Shown here one piece after another: positions 37,105 to 51,517 of a DNA stretch of 64,000 nt. Source of the DNA: Negaprion brevirostris (lineage: Eukaryota); NCBI GenBank assembly GCA_030324005.1, contig JARDVH010000133.1:19431805-19495804 (forward strand), given 5' to 3'. Below the pieces are notes generated by a model. The model was not told where the DNA came from and made no database searches. It saw nothing but the letters and a program-made list of their open reading frames with translations. Both the position numbers and the translations under genes were made by a program. Each line of letters starts with the position of its first letter. Positions within the stretch are counted from its first letter, which is position 1.

Positions 37105-39861
37105 CTGAAAAAGGATAAAAAGGTGTTTTACTACTCAGAATGAATTTCATTACTCCTGCTTACATTTCTCTAAAACTACTGAAGGTTAAGAAGAACCAAC
37201 ATTATTTCTTGACCACAGCTGTTACAAAACATTGAACTTTGACTTGTGTTTAAAAGAGGTTGATAAAACTTTTGGTAAAAACCTGATTTCTTCCAGCTCA
37301 GCAATCTTTTCCACCAAGTCACTGAGGCATATAGAGCAGATATCATCCCAGAACTGGGACCACACTGAATCAGCTGATCTCAGAGTACTCGTTAGACTGC
37401 TACAATTAATCTGAGTGCTTCTGGGCTGGAGGAGGAAGATCAGCTTTGGTTACTGTTCCTGTTTACTGTAAAGTGACATTTGCTGATTGTATGTGTTGGA
37501 CGCTGGTTGAGTGTACGATCTGATTAAGCAGTGACGCTTCTTCGGTCTAGTACCTGCTAACTTACACATGAAGGTCACACATGAATGAGGACCACCTGGC
37601 AAAGTTACTGAAACATGGTTAGTTTCTGTGGAATATAGAGTGAATACCTTCAGTATAGAACAAAAATGAAAGGTGAGGGAGAACTTGAATTTATGTAGCA
37701 ATATACTACGTCCTCAGGATGTTTCAAAACAAATGATAACCAATGCATTATGTTTGATGGATAGCTTCTTTATGAGACAAACATGGCAACCAAATTGAAG
37801 GTACCGTATGACGTGGGAGTAATTTAACAAATAACCAGATAATTGTTTTAAATAATGCTGAGTGAAAGACAAACATTCTCTGGATTATGGGATAACTCTT
37901 TGCTCTTCTTCAAGTAGTAACATTACATCTTTTATACCCATTGGGTCTCAGCTTAACATATTGACTAACAATGCACAGCACTAAGGTGTCATTCAGGTAA
38001 CATGCTCAAGCTTACTGCGGGGTTTAAAAGACAAGAGTCAAACTAATTGAGCCAGGCTAACGTTTCATTAATTATATACAATATGATGGTTTGTCATAAT
38101 AGCGTGTTCATTATGATTTTGGACTTCCTTTCTCCTGTCTACAATGTTCTGCTCTTCTCTCCCGAAGACAACTATTTTTGCTTGGTACACTGGTTTGGTA
38201 TTCCAGCCCTCTCGCGTTTCATACAAATAGCTATTTTTCAAGCGCGTGTCTAGACAGCAAGTGAAAACCAGCTATTTAATATTTTGTAATTCTTTAAAAA
38301 AAAACTTAATGATCTGGAGAGAACATATTAGAGTGAACTTGATATTGCTGCACAGTAACATCCTGACTGCGTGCAGCAGAGACTGATCCTGTCCTTACCT
38401 AATACCCACTTTCCACCCAAAGTCACTGGATAGCAAATTAGGAGCAGGAACACAATGCTTTTTCTGCCTTAGAATGTAGGCATTGTAATATTTCCACAAA
38501 AGACAGGAAACAGCCAATTCATCATGAGGCAGGAACTGAACCTGGTATTTTTCCCATCTGGATGGCTGAATGTCAAAACTATGCACTGCATTTACTCAGA
38601 ATCACTGGGGCTGTTTACTGACTCTTACGGTCTCAGAAGAGATCAGTATCTTTGTTTGGAAATCCAAAAACCCAAGTATTTATTAAAAGAATAGAGCCAA
38701 TGGGTTCACAGTTTAAATCAAAATAATTCTACTACATAAAAATCAAAGAACCTGACTACTAAAACCTACATTCCAAAATATTCTGTTACATTAAAGATAT
38801 TAAAAGTAAAACACTTAGTTGTACTCTTAACCAAACTTCATTTAAATTTCCTTCTATGCCCATTTGATTTATTCTCCTAAAAAACTCAAGTAAGATGCTG
38901 ATCAGAAATTGGAAGATTAACCACTGTTTCAAATATTCATCTAAGTGTTGATCCACTTGTTCTCCAACTCTGAATTCTTGCATATAGGAGCACTCTTAAT
39001 CTTCTNNNNNNNNNNNNNNNNNNNNNNNNNNNNNNNNNNNNNNNNNNNNNNNNNNNNNNNNNNNNNNNNNNNNNNNNNNNNNNNNNNNNNNNNNNNNNNN
39101 NNNNNNNNNNNNNNNNNNNNNNNNNNNNNNNNNNNNNNNNNNNNNNNNNNNNNNNNNNNNNNNNNNNNNNNNNNNNNNNNNNNNNNNNNNNNNNNNNNNN
39201 NNNNNNNNNNNNNNNNNNNNNNNNNNNNNNNNNNNNNNNNNNNNNNNNNNNNNNNNNNNNNNNNNNNNNNNNNNNNNNNNNNNNNNNNNNNNNNNNNNNN
39301 NNNNNNNNNNNNNNNNNNNNNNNNNNNNNNNNNNNNNNNNNNNNNNNNNNNNNNNNNNNNNNNNNNNNNNNNNNNNNNNNNNNNNNNNNNNNNNNNNNNN
39401 NNNNNNNNNNNNNNNNNNNNNNNNNNNNNNNNNNNNNNNNNNNNNNNNNNNNNNNNNNNNNNNNNNNNNNNNNNNNNNNNNNNNNNNNNNNNNNNNNNNN
39501 NNNNNNNNNNNNNNNNNNNNNNNNNNNNNNNNNNNNNNNNNNNNNNNNNNNNNNNNNNNNNNNNNNNNNNNNNNNNNNNNNNNNNNNNNNNNNNNNNNNN
39601 NNNNNNNNNNNNNNNNNNNNNNNNNNNNNNNNNNNNNNNNNNNNNNNNNNNNNNNNNNNNNNNNNNNNNNNNNNNNNNNNNNNNNNNNNNNNNNNNNNNN
39701 NNNNNNNNNNNNNNNNNNNNNNNNNNNNNNNNNNNNNNNNNNNNNNNNNNNNNNNNNNNNNNNNNNNNNNNNNNNNNNNNNNNNNNNNNNNNNNNNNNNN
39801 NNNNNNNNNNNNNNNNNNNNNNNNNNNNNNNNNNNNNNNNNNNNNNNNNNNNNNNNNNNNN

Positions 39862-40035
39862 CTGTCCACCTGTGACTCCACTTTCAAGGAGCTATGAACA
39901 TGTACCCCTAGATCTCTTTGTTCTGTAACTCTCCCTAACACCCTATCATTAACTGAGTAAGTCTTGCCTTGGTTCAATCTACCAAAACGCATCACCTCGT
40001 GTTTGTCTAAATTAAACTCCATTTGCCATTCGTCA
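39862..40035 (-). mobile_element. CR1 LINE ORF2 fragment running into a gap
   Basis: MEFNLDKHEVMRFGRLN...EQRDLGVHVHSSLKVESQVD. Confidence 0.85.
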
Positions 40036-40921
40036 GAATTCTTTTCCTATTATTTATCTCCCAAGCAGTTGGTCACATTAGTTCCTGGAAGCTAGTTGGT
40101 TTTTGCAATAAATCATCTTCCTGAAAAATATAACTCTTAAAGGCACCATGATCCCCAACATGAAGTATAGAATGTTCCCCAGAAGCACATGGGCCACTGA
40201 AATTAGGAATAAGAAAATTCAGCACCTTTGGGGCTAGAATGTGTCAGAATCCTCTCAATTTCTACATAAAGCAGCAACAGAAGGTTCCAAACCTTTCCTG
40301 GATAAGGGCATTTGTTCCATGGCTTGGGAAAGGAATGTGCAGAGTATAGAATCAGTCCACCTTTGGTTATACTGTAACAGCTTTTGACCGCTGTGAGATC
40401 AGTTCTTAGATCTTGGTTCTATCAAGTGCCCTGACAATCTGTCTTCTAACAAGATACTGTCACACTCATTTGAAATAGTCACAGCAGTTATTCTAGCCAA
40501 AACAGTCACATGGAGATATAGGTCAATATCAGTAATGGAGGGAATCTGGTAAAGTTTTAATATTTGTGAAAGGGTCAAAGAAGCACGTCAACAATTGCAC
40601 GAGTCCATGGGAATATGACAGTATTTGCTGTGGGTCCTTGCGAGCAAGAGGCTCCTGGAAGAATTCCACGAGACCCTTTATCCACTGCCTTTGAAACAAC
40701 TCTCTCAGAAATAACACTTCACATATTTCAATGCAAAATAATAGGTTAAATCTCATTTCACTTATTCGGCCCAAGTACTAATTTGCGCAGCCAACAGAAG
40801 TGAGGATTGTGTTAACGACTTGACTGACACATTACACACACTCATTTCATGTTCAGCCACATAATAAACTTTAAGGTCCCTGGTACTCTTTATCGGACAC
40901 TTACATTATGCACAAACTCAC

Positions 40922-41034
40922 CTTCCACCCTCTCGAAGGCGAGCAACACATCACAGACATGCTCAGGATAGTCGGTGGTACATTGTACTGCTCGATGCAA
41001 AGCCTTTCTGCAGTGCTGGGGATCACCATGAGCT
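40922..41034 (-). CDS. SART3: SART3 exon 13
   Basis: 113 nt, AHGDPQHCRKALHRAVQCTTDYPEHVCDVLLAFERVE, ttgcag/gtgagt. Confidence 0.95.
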
Positions 41035-41598
41035 CTGCAACATCATAACATGCAAACAGAAAATAAAGTAAATTCTTTATTAGTGTATACAGATACACAT
41101 GCAAGCTGTGACAGTTATGGCACCTGTGATGGAACCCACAGATCCACTCTCACTTCCTTTGCCCAGTCATGCATTTTCCCCAAGGCCACAGTTAATTTCC
41201 TCTCTATCCCTGTGGCCAGAATTATTTTTAATAATATACACATTTCATTAGTCCTGGTTCATTCTCATCAGATATTCTGTTTTTAATTCCTATAGCGTTT
41301 CAGTATTTATTGTCATGCCTACATGTTCTCTGAACTTTGGCTCCCAACCCCTTTTTAAATCTTTATATTATTATTGTATCCAAGCCCTCTTTCTTTTTAC
41401 TGTCCTTTCTGTTAGGACCTCAGTTTCATACAATTTGGGTGCAACTTGTGCCTGTTAAGAATGCCCACTGTGACAGAGTACCAAAGAACATCCTGTACCC
41501 CAAACTCTCATGTCATACAGTACCTTCAAGTACAGATGGAAGATAAATTTGTGGAGGGGAAGAAATAAACTGTTGATTGACGAGACTAATGTCCTTAC

Positions 41599-41708
41599 CG
41601 CTCCAAATTATAATATTCCAGCCACATGTTGGCATATGTTGCATTTCCTTTGGTCATTATTCTATCCCACAGTTCCCGAGCTTTCTGCATATTTTTACAC
41701 AGTCTTGC
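41599..41708 (-). CDS. SART3: SART3 exon 12
   Basis: 110 nt, ARLCKNMQKARELWDRIMTKGNATYANMWLEYYNLER. Confidence 0.95.
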
Positions 41709-42503
41709 CTGGAAAAGAATTTAAAATTATAAGCACACAAAGAAGGGATGAGCAATAATCATAACAGGTCAACCTTCCAATAGGCAAATACACAATACAA
41801 ATAAACTTTCTTCATCCTCAAAGACTCTTCATAAACCACCTCTCTCTTCATCTCCGGGATCAAATAAACCACCCTCATGACATTTTTCAAAAACCAATCA
41901 CCTTCAAGCTGAGGGATGAATAATAGTGTAAACCACCCCACCTAAGTCAGAAACAAACCCCTTGGTCCCAATTGCGAGACACAAGCTGTAGACCTTGTGT
42001 GTCATCATCGCACATATAAAGCAGCTCTCACCCAGAAGCACACAGCACAAACCATTTGTTCTTATCTCTAGGGACACACATTGGCAGATCACCACCTCCA
42101 CTTTTAATAGCCTGACAAATTACCTAGTTATCCCTTGCATAACTAATATATAGGACAAGTATTGAGTCAGCACGGATTTTCAGAGATAAGCGAGCTCATA
42201 TCGCTTCAGCAGTCACTTAGGCTACAAGAAAGAAAGATTGATGAATGTAAAGGTAAACGTTCAGTATAACAATGGTATAGCATGGACAGCATTTATTAAT
42301 TTATTTTTGAGGAGTCAGTGTAATTCAAATACAACATAAAAATCTAGCTAATTAGACTTGTAATGATATTCATGACATTATGAATGGCTAAGAACTCAGC
42401 TACGAAATTAAGCTGAGATACAGAAACCAAAGTGTCAAAGCCGAGGATAAAAAGGATCCAGAACCTTTCCTCAGAAGCTCCCTAGTTCCAGGTGTAATCT
42501 TAC

Positions 42504-42562
42504 CTCAATCCTTGCCCAATTTTGTAAAATTGTACATGAGGGATCCCCACTCTCACCGAATC
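42504..42562 (-). CDS. SART3: SART3 exon 11
   Basis: 59 nt, (R)FGESGDPSCTILQNWARIE, tgcag/gtaaga. Confidence 0.93.
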
Positions 42563-43344
42563 CTGCAAGGAGGCCAGAATTTACTTCAATTTTTAAATCA
42601 GCCATAGTTTAAAAACACCAGATTTAAAGACTGAAAATAATTTCCAGTCAATAATTCAGATTCACTCCTAAATCAAGGAGAAATACTGGATGGAATTAGG
42701 AACCCCCCATTAACCTTTTGAATGGGTAGATAGGTGGCAACTGGTCAAATATCTTTCCTGACCAATATAAGGGATGAAAATCAACACATTTAACAAATGC
42801 TGAAGGAATTAACAATTATAAACTGCTGAAATTTGCCCATTTGAAATAGAAGCACCATATTACTAAGCAAGGAACTTGTGCTGCAGTACTGAATAATAGA
42901 ATATAACTCATAACTGTTCATAAAGCCAGTAACATCCCTGTGCTCATTAGCTGAGCTGCTGCAAATGCAGTTCATTCTCAAGCCCTTCAAATAATAGCTG
43001 CTTAAATCTTCCTCTAAAGTGAGCTGATTCAATTTCTATTCAATGACAACTGCCCTAACATAGAACTAATGTCGTGTTCCAGGACTTAATGATCCTTAAT
43101 CAGAAATATTAAAATGTTCTTCCAATAATATGGTAAAAGAGCAAATAAATAAGTTTGTAAACAGCCATGGTCAAAATAATTGAACCAGGAAAATAATATT
43201 TTCTAGCAATGTTCAGAAGATCATACTAACTTTCTATTCAATTTCTGTACGCCATAGACTCTGAAAAATAAACTCAAGATCAAAATAAAAGTTCTCAGTT
43301 AGAAATACATCTTATCAGTTTCTGAAAGTCACCAGAGAAGATCG

Positions 43345-43675
43345 TAGAATCCCTACAGTGCAGAAGGAGGCCATTTGGCCCACTGAGTCTACACCGCTTG
43401 TCCAATCTTACCCAGACCCATCCCACCCTATCTCATAACCCCCATGCATTTACCTCAATAATCCCCTAATCTACACATTCTGGTAGGGGGCTATTTAGCA
43501 TGGCAAATCCACCTAACCTGCACACCTTTGAACTGTGGGAGGAAACCAAAGCACCCGGAGGAAACCCACACAGACAAGGGGAGAACACGCAAACTCCGCA
43601 CAGACATTCACCCAAGGCTAGAATCGATCCTGGTTCCTTAATGCTGTGAGGCAGCAATTCCTACCGCCGTGCCAT
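43345..43675 (-). mobile_element. HE1/V-SINE-like tRNA SINE with CR1-type tail
   Basis: tagaatccctacagtgcagaaggaggccatt tail plus the conserved core. Confidence 0.8.
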
Positions 43676-44120
43676 CCCTCGTGTGGGACGCTAGCTGTCA
43701 ACACAAATCACTGCAGTACACAGGATGGCAATTCAGCCAACTGTGCCCAATAACTATTTACCTACATATTTATTCCATATGTTTACCTGTTTCTAGTTCT
43801 GAAAAAATTCACCACAGGAGCAAGGAAATATGATATCCTATAGTTAGAAAGTTAACAATTCTAAAATAGGCAACTATACGCTCATTAACTCAGCATTTAT
43901 AACAAGTAAAATAACTGAATCCATTCTAAAGCATAGCTGTGAGACCACATGTAAAGCAATAACTCTGATAGGTCTTTCCATCATGATATCATGATGGAAT
44001 GACTATTTCCCACTTTTGCTTCTCATGTTCTAAATTACAAAGTAGTCTTTTTGGCTAGAGAGTAAATCCCTGTAATAAATAACTGACAATTTATTTTTTA
44101 AAAAAAAAGTGAAAACATAC

Positions 44121-44198
44121 GTTGCTCTATATCCTGTTTCAAGTAGTCCACACCACGACTGAAAGCTGACCTGAGTTCCTCTAGCTCTTGACTGGAAT
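44121..44198 (-). CDS. SART3: SART3 exon 10
   Basis: 78 nt, (D)SSQELEELRSAFSRGVDYLKQDIEQ, aag/gtatgt. Confidence 0.92.
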
Positions 44199-44756
44199 CT
44201 TCAAACAAAATGACAAAAAATGGGAAAGAAAGAGAGAAACCTTGTGACAAGCGTGGGGACTGAGTAAGAAACAAGCAACATCTAAGGTATTTAAAATGTA
44301 TTGTTGCTACCCAATTTCATTCCTATCTTTCCCTGTTTGATTCTCTTCAATGTAGTGTCTGCCCAGCTCACAGTATTGAGATTGCACTTAAAGACACTGA
44401 TGATAACCTTGGCCTGTACCTCCCTGCAATGCTCAATCTCTCCAAGTACTCACTTGTCCTGTCTCACCAACCTCCTCCAACACCCTTCCTCTATATGCCA
44501 GCTTCACAGGGCTGCGCTAACCTGGCTCCATTGCTACCTCCCCAACTCAACTAATGAATCTTCAAAATACAAAGCTTTCTCCACCACCCACACAACATCT
44601 GCCCTATGACCTCCAGAGCCTCCAAAGTTTCCATCCTGACCTCTCCTTTGACATCATCCACATTTCTGATTTGAGTGACCACATACACTAATGAAATCCA
44701 ATTCTATCACTGCATCATTTCACTCAATCCATACTAATTTCCTGCTGTCCAGCTCA

Positions 44757-45310
44757 AAGAACAAAGAACAATACAGCACAGGAACAGGCCCTTCAGCCCC
44801 CCCCAAGCCTGTATCAATCATGTGTTACTAACTAAACCATCCGTTTGTATCCCTCTATTCCCAGTCTGTTCATGTGACTATCTAGACAAGTCTTAAACGA
44901 TCCTAGCTTGACTGCCTCAACCACCTTGCTTGGTAGTGCATTCCAGGCCCCCACCACCCTCTGTTTAAACAAAAAAGTCCCTCACCTANNNNNNNNNNNN
45001 NNNNNNNNNNNNNNNNNNNNNNNNNNNNNNNNNNNNNNNNNNNNNNNNNNNNNNNNNNNNNNNNNNNNNNNNNNNNNNNNNNNNNNNNGTAGTGCATTCC
45101 AGGCCCCCACCACCCTCTGTTGAAAAACATATCTGTATTGAACCTTGCTCCCCCCACCCACCCACCACCGCCCCTTCCCTTGAACTTGTGACCCTTTGTG
45201 TTTGTCATATCTGACCTGGGAGAAAGCTTCCAACTGTTCACCCTAACTATGCCCTTCATAATTTTACAAACTTTTATTAGGTCACCCCTCAACCTCCATC
45301 TTTCTAATAT
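44757..45310 (-). mobile_element. CR1 LINE 3' end
   Basis: LERWRLRGDLIKVCKIMKG..TKGHKFK and aaagaacaaagaac tail. Confidence 0.8.
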
Positions 45311-46038
45311 CAGCTCGTCTGATATTAGGTCATATCTTAGCCAAAACTGCTTCCAAGCAAACAATACATAGACCATGAGGCTTGTTCTTAACCCTAACCA
45401 AAATTCCTGTTCTCTTAGCACCGTGTGGATGTTTCCTCATGTTGAGCTAGGCTGTATACAAACTTGAGTCCCTGTGCATCCCATAGCTGAATCTCAAAGC
45501 TGTCACCCTGTCACCAAGACCACTTACTTGTAATCTCACTACGTCATTCAGCTTTACCCCACCTCATCATCTTAATTTTGATGACAAAAACTTTCTCTGT
45601 CTTAGTGAAGCTCCCTTCTTCACCATCATGTACTTCATCACACCAGCAGGTTTTATCTCAGCCTACCTTAACTCCATACTACAGCACCTCAATCTCTAGA
45701 ACCTTCCATTTTTCTGAAAGGTCCTCAGTATTATAACAACTCTCCCAAATCCAATATTTTCGTCCCACAATCTGGTACTGACTGCTTTTCACTAAATAAC
45801 TTTTCATTCTTCGTACTTTAAATCTGCATCTAGCTTCAGCAGATCTGTAGGATGTCTCTAATTTCCTGAATTAATGAAACACTGACTAGCCTCAAATTAG
45901 ATCTTATTTCCAAGGAAAGAAGGTACTATTCTCAGTAACATTTTATTGTCGTTACCATATTTACACTTGGCCACTGTTTGATAACACTGTCAATGAGATA
46001 ATACTGGAAAAGTAGACAGTCACTTATTATGTTATTAC

Positions 46039-46146
46039 CTTGGCTGAAATTCACTCTCCGTCTCAGGTAGTCCAGAAATGCCTGCCAAAGCTCCACATAG
46101 TCTGTAGCCTGGATAAACCCAGCGTTTAATGCTTTTTCAAAAGTCT
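46039..46146 (-). CDS. SART3: SART3 exon 9
   Basis: 108 nt, (E)TFEKALNAGFIQATDYVELWQAFLDYLRRRVNFSQ. Confidence 0.95.
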
Positions 46147-46454
46147 CTACCAATAACAATAAAAACATGGTAAATTCCATAGAAATTATGTCCTTTAGGT
46201 AGCAACCAATAACTGCAATGTCATTTATGTTGTAAGTCAATTATCTAAAACTTTACAAACATTTACATCCAGAAAATGCATGGACTAATTGGCGATTAAT
46301 GTCAAAGGAATTAAGGGTTATGGTGAGCGGGCAAGTAACTGAAGACAAATCCTTGAAAAGATCAGCCATGATCTTATTGAATGATGGAGCCAGCTCAAGG
46401 GGCCAGATGGCCTACTCCTGCTCCTAGCTCTTACGTTCTTATTCATTATAAATT

Positions 46455-46793
46455 TATTCTATAAATCCACTGACTCCCATATCTAGCTTGACTACACTTC
46501 CTCTGACCCTACTTCGATAAAGGCCTTACTCCATTCTACCAGTTTCTTCATCCCACTCCTTACAACAATGCAATCTTTTATAACAGTTTATCTCCTTTAA
46601 CCTTGATGTTGATTTCCCTTCACCATGGAGTAAGGGACTTTGACCACACGCATCCCATTTTCTGCATTTCTTCTCATCCCTCCCCTTCTCCTCTCTCTGA
46701 GAGCCACAATAGAGTTCCTCACCTACCACTCTATCAACCATCCTCCACCATTTCCACCACCTCCAGCCAGATGCCACCACCAAACACTTCTTC
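46455..46793 (+). mobile_element. Degenerate Penelope RT C-terminal fragment
   Basis: tataaatccactgactcccat..cttgactacacttcctct reads as a decayed YKPTDSH.YLDYTSS...PF.QFL; the later RVP..LTYH also fits. Confidence 0.6.
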
Positions 46794-46893
46794 NNNNNNN
46801 NNNNNNNNNNNNNNNNNNNNNNNNNNNNNNNNNNNNNNNNNNNNNNNNNNNNNNNNNNNNNNNNNNNNNNNNNNNNNNNNNNNNNNNNNNNNN

Positions 46894-47655
46894 GTGTCAT
46901 CTGCAAACTTACTAACCATGCCTCCTATATTCTCATCCAAATCATTAATATAAATGACAAATAACAGTTGACTCAGCACTGATCCCTGAGGCACATCGCT
47001 GGTCACAGGCCTCCAGTTTGAAGAACAACTCTCTACAGCCACCCTCTGGCTTCTGGCAAGAAGCCAATTTTGTATCCATTTAGATATCTCATCCTGGATC
47101 CCTTGAGATTTAACCTCATGCAACAATCTACCATGCGGTACCTTGTCAAAGGCCTTGCTAAAGTCATTGTAGACAACATCAACTGCACTGCTCTCATCTA
47201 CCTTCTTGGTTACCTCTTCAAAAAATTCAATCAAATTTGTGAGACATGATTTTCCACTCACAAAGCCATGCTGACTGTCTGTAATCAGTCCTTGCCTCTC
47301 TTAATGCCTGTAGATCCTGTCTCTCAAAATACCTTCCAACAACTTACCCACCATAGATATGAGGCTCACTGGCCTATAGTTCCCAGGTTTTTCCCTGCAG
47401 CCCTTATTTAAACAAAAGCCCAACATTTGCCACTCTCCAATCTTCAGGCACCTCACCCATGACAATCAATGATTCAAGTATCTCGGCCACGGGACCCATA
47501 ATTTCCTCCCTAGCCCCCCACAACGTCCTGGGATACACTTCATTAGGTCCCAGGGATTTATCTGTCTTGATGCGCTTTAAGACTTCCAGCACTTCTTTCT
47601 CTGTAATATGCACACTACTCAAGAGTATATTTATTTCCCCCAAGTTCCCTAACAT
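46894..47655 (-). mobile_element. CR1 LINE ORF2 RT fragment
   Basis: GKSCLTNLIEFFEEVT..DVVY.DFSKAFDKVPH..VPQGSVL..YINDL..SKFADD. Confidence 0.92.
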
Positions 47656-49968
47656 CTATGCTGCTGAGTGTGGGTGGTGGAGGAAGTGGATGTTTGTGGA
47701 TGTGGTGCTAATCAAGCGGGACCCTTTGTCCTGGATGGTGTCAAGCTTCTCGAGTGTTGTTGGAGCTGCACTCATCCAGGCAGGTGGGGAGTATTCCATC
47801 ACACTCCTGACTTCAGAAAGGTCTCCAATTATTCAGATTGAATGGGTCAAAGGCCACGTTGTCTATATGCCCAGGGGAGGCATTGAAGACTTTAGGTGAA
47901 GCAGTAGTCANNNNNNNNNNAAACAGCGAAGCTATCGGTCTTGGTACTTAAAGGTCACATGCCTTGACTAATGGGCAGTGATTGGTTAAAGCAAATAAGA
48001 CTAAACTGGCTGGAAATATTAAACATGGCAGAATGGAAGTTTTTAGGAGCAGCTGTGTAAATACTCCAAGATCTTCCAAACTGAATTAGAATGTATACAA
48101 GGAGCCTGTGTACATATAAAACCAAAATCTCTGAATCCAAATGCAACACCTAAATGTTTTCAAGCCGCCAAGTGCCTTATCACATGCACTTAATCTTGCA
48201 GGAAAGGATCTAAACTAGAATTTTGCTTGGTAAGCTTTCAGTGGAGATCAGACCCCCAGATCTCAGCTTACCACATTTTTCTCCACTAAACGAAAGGACC
48301 CTGTAAGCCAACTCAAATTCCATTTATGTCTGAAACAAGTCACCTCACACCTCATCTACTCTCTTATCTGGCAGCACCCAACAATCACCCAATGCCATCA
48401 AAACTGGCTAGATTGCAGAGCAAGGAGGAGGAGAGGCAAAGAGAGTAATTTTTAAAAGCAGAAAATGATCCAGGAATTGATCCAAAGAAATTATGGGTTT
48501 GCAATGAGAAGTGGAACCCAAGGAGGGGCCCACCTGGCTGCACTGTACAGGGCAACGAGGTAAGAGGAATAACTGAGACACGATTGCCAGCAGCCAGCTT
48601 CTACTCCAGGAGCCTCCGCCAAGGTCTGAAGAAAGAATAGGGAAGATTAAGGAAGCAGCACTCCACGATAACAAGGCCCAAATGAAAGTCCGTACAAAAG
48701 GAGTTTAGCGCCTCCTAGTACTCAACTAATGAATGCTGTCATTAATGAATTAACCTGTCAATTAGGATAGTGCCTATTGGCTGCTCTGGGCAACAACCAT
48801 CCAGATTGACAGCCCTAGTTGGCCAATGATTTCAGGCTCTTGTAGAAATATAGGCCGCAATGATTAGCGCCATCTGCAGTCCCCATGCCTCCCAAACCCA
48901 GGCCATATTCTAACATCCTCCCTTCACCCTTCCCAAAACCTCCCATAACATTTGATATCATTTGCATTCAACAGCATTGGTTTGACGTAAATTGCAATCA
49001 ATTACAATCGTTTTAACATAATTTGACATCAATTGTTCTCAACTGCAATCATTTTGTCATGATTTAATGTCACTTGCACTCAGAATCAATCATCTGGCTA
49101 TCATTCTATTCCATTTTCATAGATAACTAACCAATTACCTATCATTTTCACTCAGAACAATACTCGTGATGTCAAGTGTCAGTCATCAATGAACACCATC
49201 GCCATGAATGGCTATCCTCCAGAAATCACAATGAAATATGATTGGAAATATATATTCAGCCTAGTGCCGAAACCCAGGGGATCCCACGGTACTAATGACA
49301 GTACACCCCACTACGGGTTTCCCATCAGCAAAGGGTGCATTCAAATGAGAAAACACATTGGCGATGGCCAGCCCGTAAGATCCCACCACCAACAAACAGC
49401 GCAGAAACATGCTGTGGACGGGGAGGAAAATCCAGACCAAGGTTTTGCTGATTTTGTATGCATTGTGTACACATCATTCACCAACCCTCCACCCAATCTC
49501 TCCCTTTCTCTCTATCATGTACCCGCTCTTTTATTCTTTCTGCGCCCACATCATTCCTTGTCTCCATACTTGTCACTGTAAATCTTCTGTTCTAACGGAA
49601 AATCCTTGAACTGAAATGTTAGCTCTCTTCCTCTTTCCAAGATGCTGCCTTCCCAGATTTTGTTTTATTTCAGATTTCCAACATTCAAGATATTTTGTTT
49701 TGGCATGGATCACCCAGTTAAAAGTATAATTATCCACTAAACTCAGCACAACGATTAGAAAGCAACGAAAGAGCTTCCCACAGATGGCTTGACTGGTGGC
49801 AAACCTAACCAAACGGATGAGAGTTTTGTTTCCAATTCTCCCTCTCGTTCAGTCTGAACGGAAAAGGGAGGAGATTTATAAAAAGAAGTTAGAAGGAATT
49901 CTGCTCTCTCTGCCCAAGTGAAACTAAGGTTTTTCTAACGCAATGGACCGTTCTCAGTTCAAGGTTAC

Positions 49969-50107
49969 CTGTTATCATCTTGTGCTTGGCTCTGTGTCGC
50001 TCCAGCGCTAGAAGATATTGTTTCCATAACCCAACTATCCAAGGGCAATTTCGAACAGCTCGCTCATGTGCAGACAAAACCAGATCTTTGATCTTCAGCT
50101 GTTTGTC
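49969..50107 (-). CDS. SART3: SART3 exon 8
   Basis: 139 nt, DKQLKIKDLVLSAHERAVRNCPWIVGLWKQYLLALERH. Confidence 0.95.
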
Positions 50108-51361
50108 CTGGAATGGCAAACAGAGATTTGCAGTTTGAATCAAATCAATAATCTTTGATAGAGAGGAAAAACAGCATCATAATGTACAGAACAAGAGAAA
50201 GAATCCAGCCCAGAACTCTTCTAACATAATATGCACCATTTCACCGACATGGAGTCAATCCACTTTATTCAGTCTGCACTAAGAAACAATACTTGCAGAA
50301 TCTGAAAACCAGAGAAAACAGACCTTAGGGAAACTTTACACTGTCCTAATAAAGGTGAGTGAAAGAAGCGAGCCACTTCATATCTCATCCATTGAAAGGG
50401 GTATTCTGCATGTGTCTTATTTAAAAATGGATCGGAGAACAGGGGCTCTGAATAACATCCAACTAAATGTAGATTACGTGAGGTGGGTGTTCTGTACACC
50501 AAAGGGATTTGGCAAGTGATTCTGTCAATTCATGGCACATCAAGGAAGCTCCAGCAAATGCTGGGTTAATGGTGCAGAGGTTCTGCATATTTTCCAATCA
50601 AGATAACCAGGGGGAAGCTTTGTCTACAGTCCAAACAAACTCAGATGTGGGAATCTGAAATGGCAAACATTTAATTGGGGATAGCAGGTAGCACTATAGG
50701 TTTTTTGGACAGACCACGGAGCATTTAACCATTCCATTTAACTCTCCATGGACAATGGTACTTCTCCATTATAAAATTGTAACACATTACTGTACTTGTC
50801 ATCAGATTAATTAGTGGAGAAAGCATGGCACATTTACGAAGTCCACAAATGTACAAGTACGTAGAGATGTAGAAGGCCAATCAGCCCATCATAGGCCTTA
50901 CAACCTAAATGGGAATAAATGTACACAGCAGTCCATCAAGGTACAATCAGGTTTTAAGATCAATGTTACATAACTCTCAGAGCAATCAGCCAATCCATCC
51001 ATCCAGAATAATCTGAAAATCCCACATTACAATATTCAATTGGTTCCTAAATGATGTCAGCATTTTTGCCTCCAATCTTTAAATTGATCATCCTTTGCAT
51101 TAAAGTCAATTTTTTCTGGCCTCTATTAAACTAATGCTAGGTCTGCCTCATGTGGATGAAAGATATCTCACAGCACTANNNNNNNNNNACAGCACTAGCT
51201 CAAGAACAGCAGGGGAGTTTTCCTTGTTTCCTGGCCAATACTGATCTCTCAGCCAACGTCCATTCACAAATACCAGTAAAATTGCTCTGCTGAAGACAAT
51301 CAAAACTGGCCCAATGCTCACACTAGCACTCAGAGATCAATTTCTCAGAGAAAGTTCTTAC

Positions 51362-51517
51362 CAGGTACAGGGTGAACCGTGCCCATAAATCTGGCACTAA
51401 ACAGTTCTCAGACAGCGCTCGTTCAAAGATGATCTGGATCCGTGCTGGGTCTCCATCCTTCATCTCAAAGTCAATGTAAGCTTGATACTCTGCCAGATTT
51501 GGAGGGTCTGCTATCAA
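51362..51517 (-). CDS. SART3: SART3 exon 7
   Basis: 156 nt, LIADPPNLAEYQAYIDFEMKDGDPARIQIIFERALSENCLVPDLW. Confidence 0.95.

Noticed and set aside
44933-45122. Identical ~33-bp sequence before and after a gap
   Set aside because: Gap-flanking echo inside a CR1 element; probable assembly artefact.
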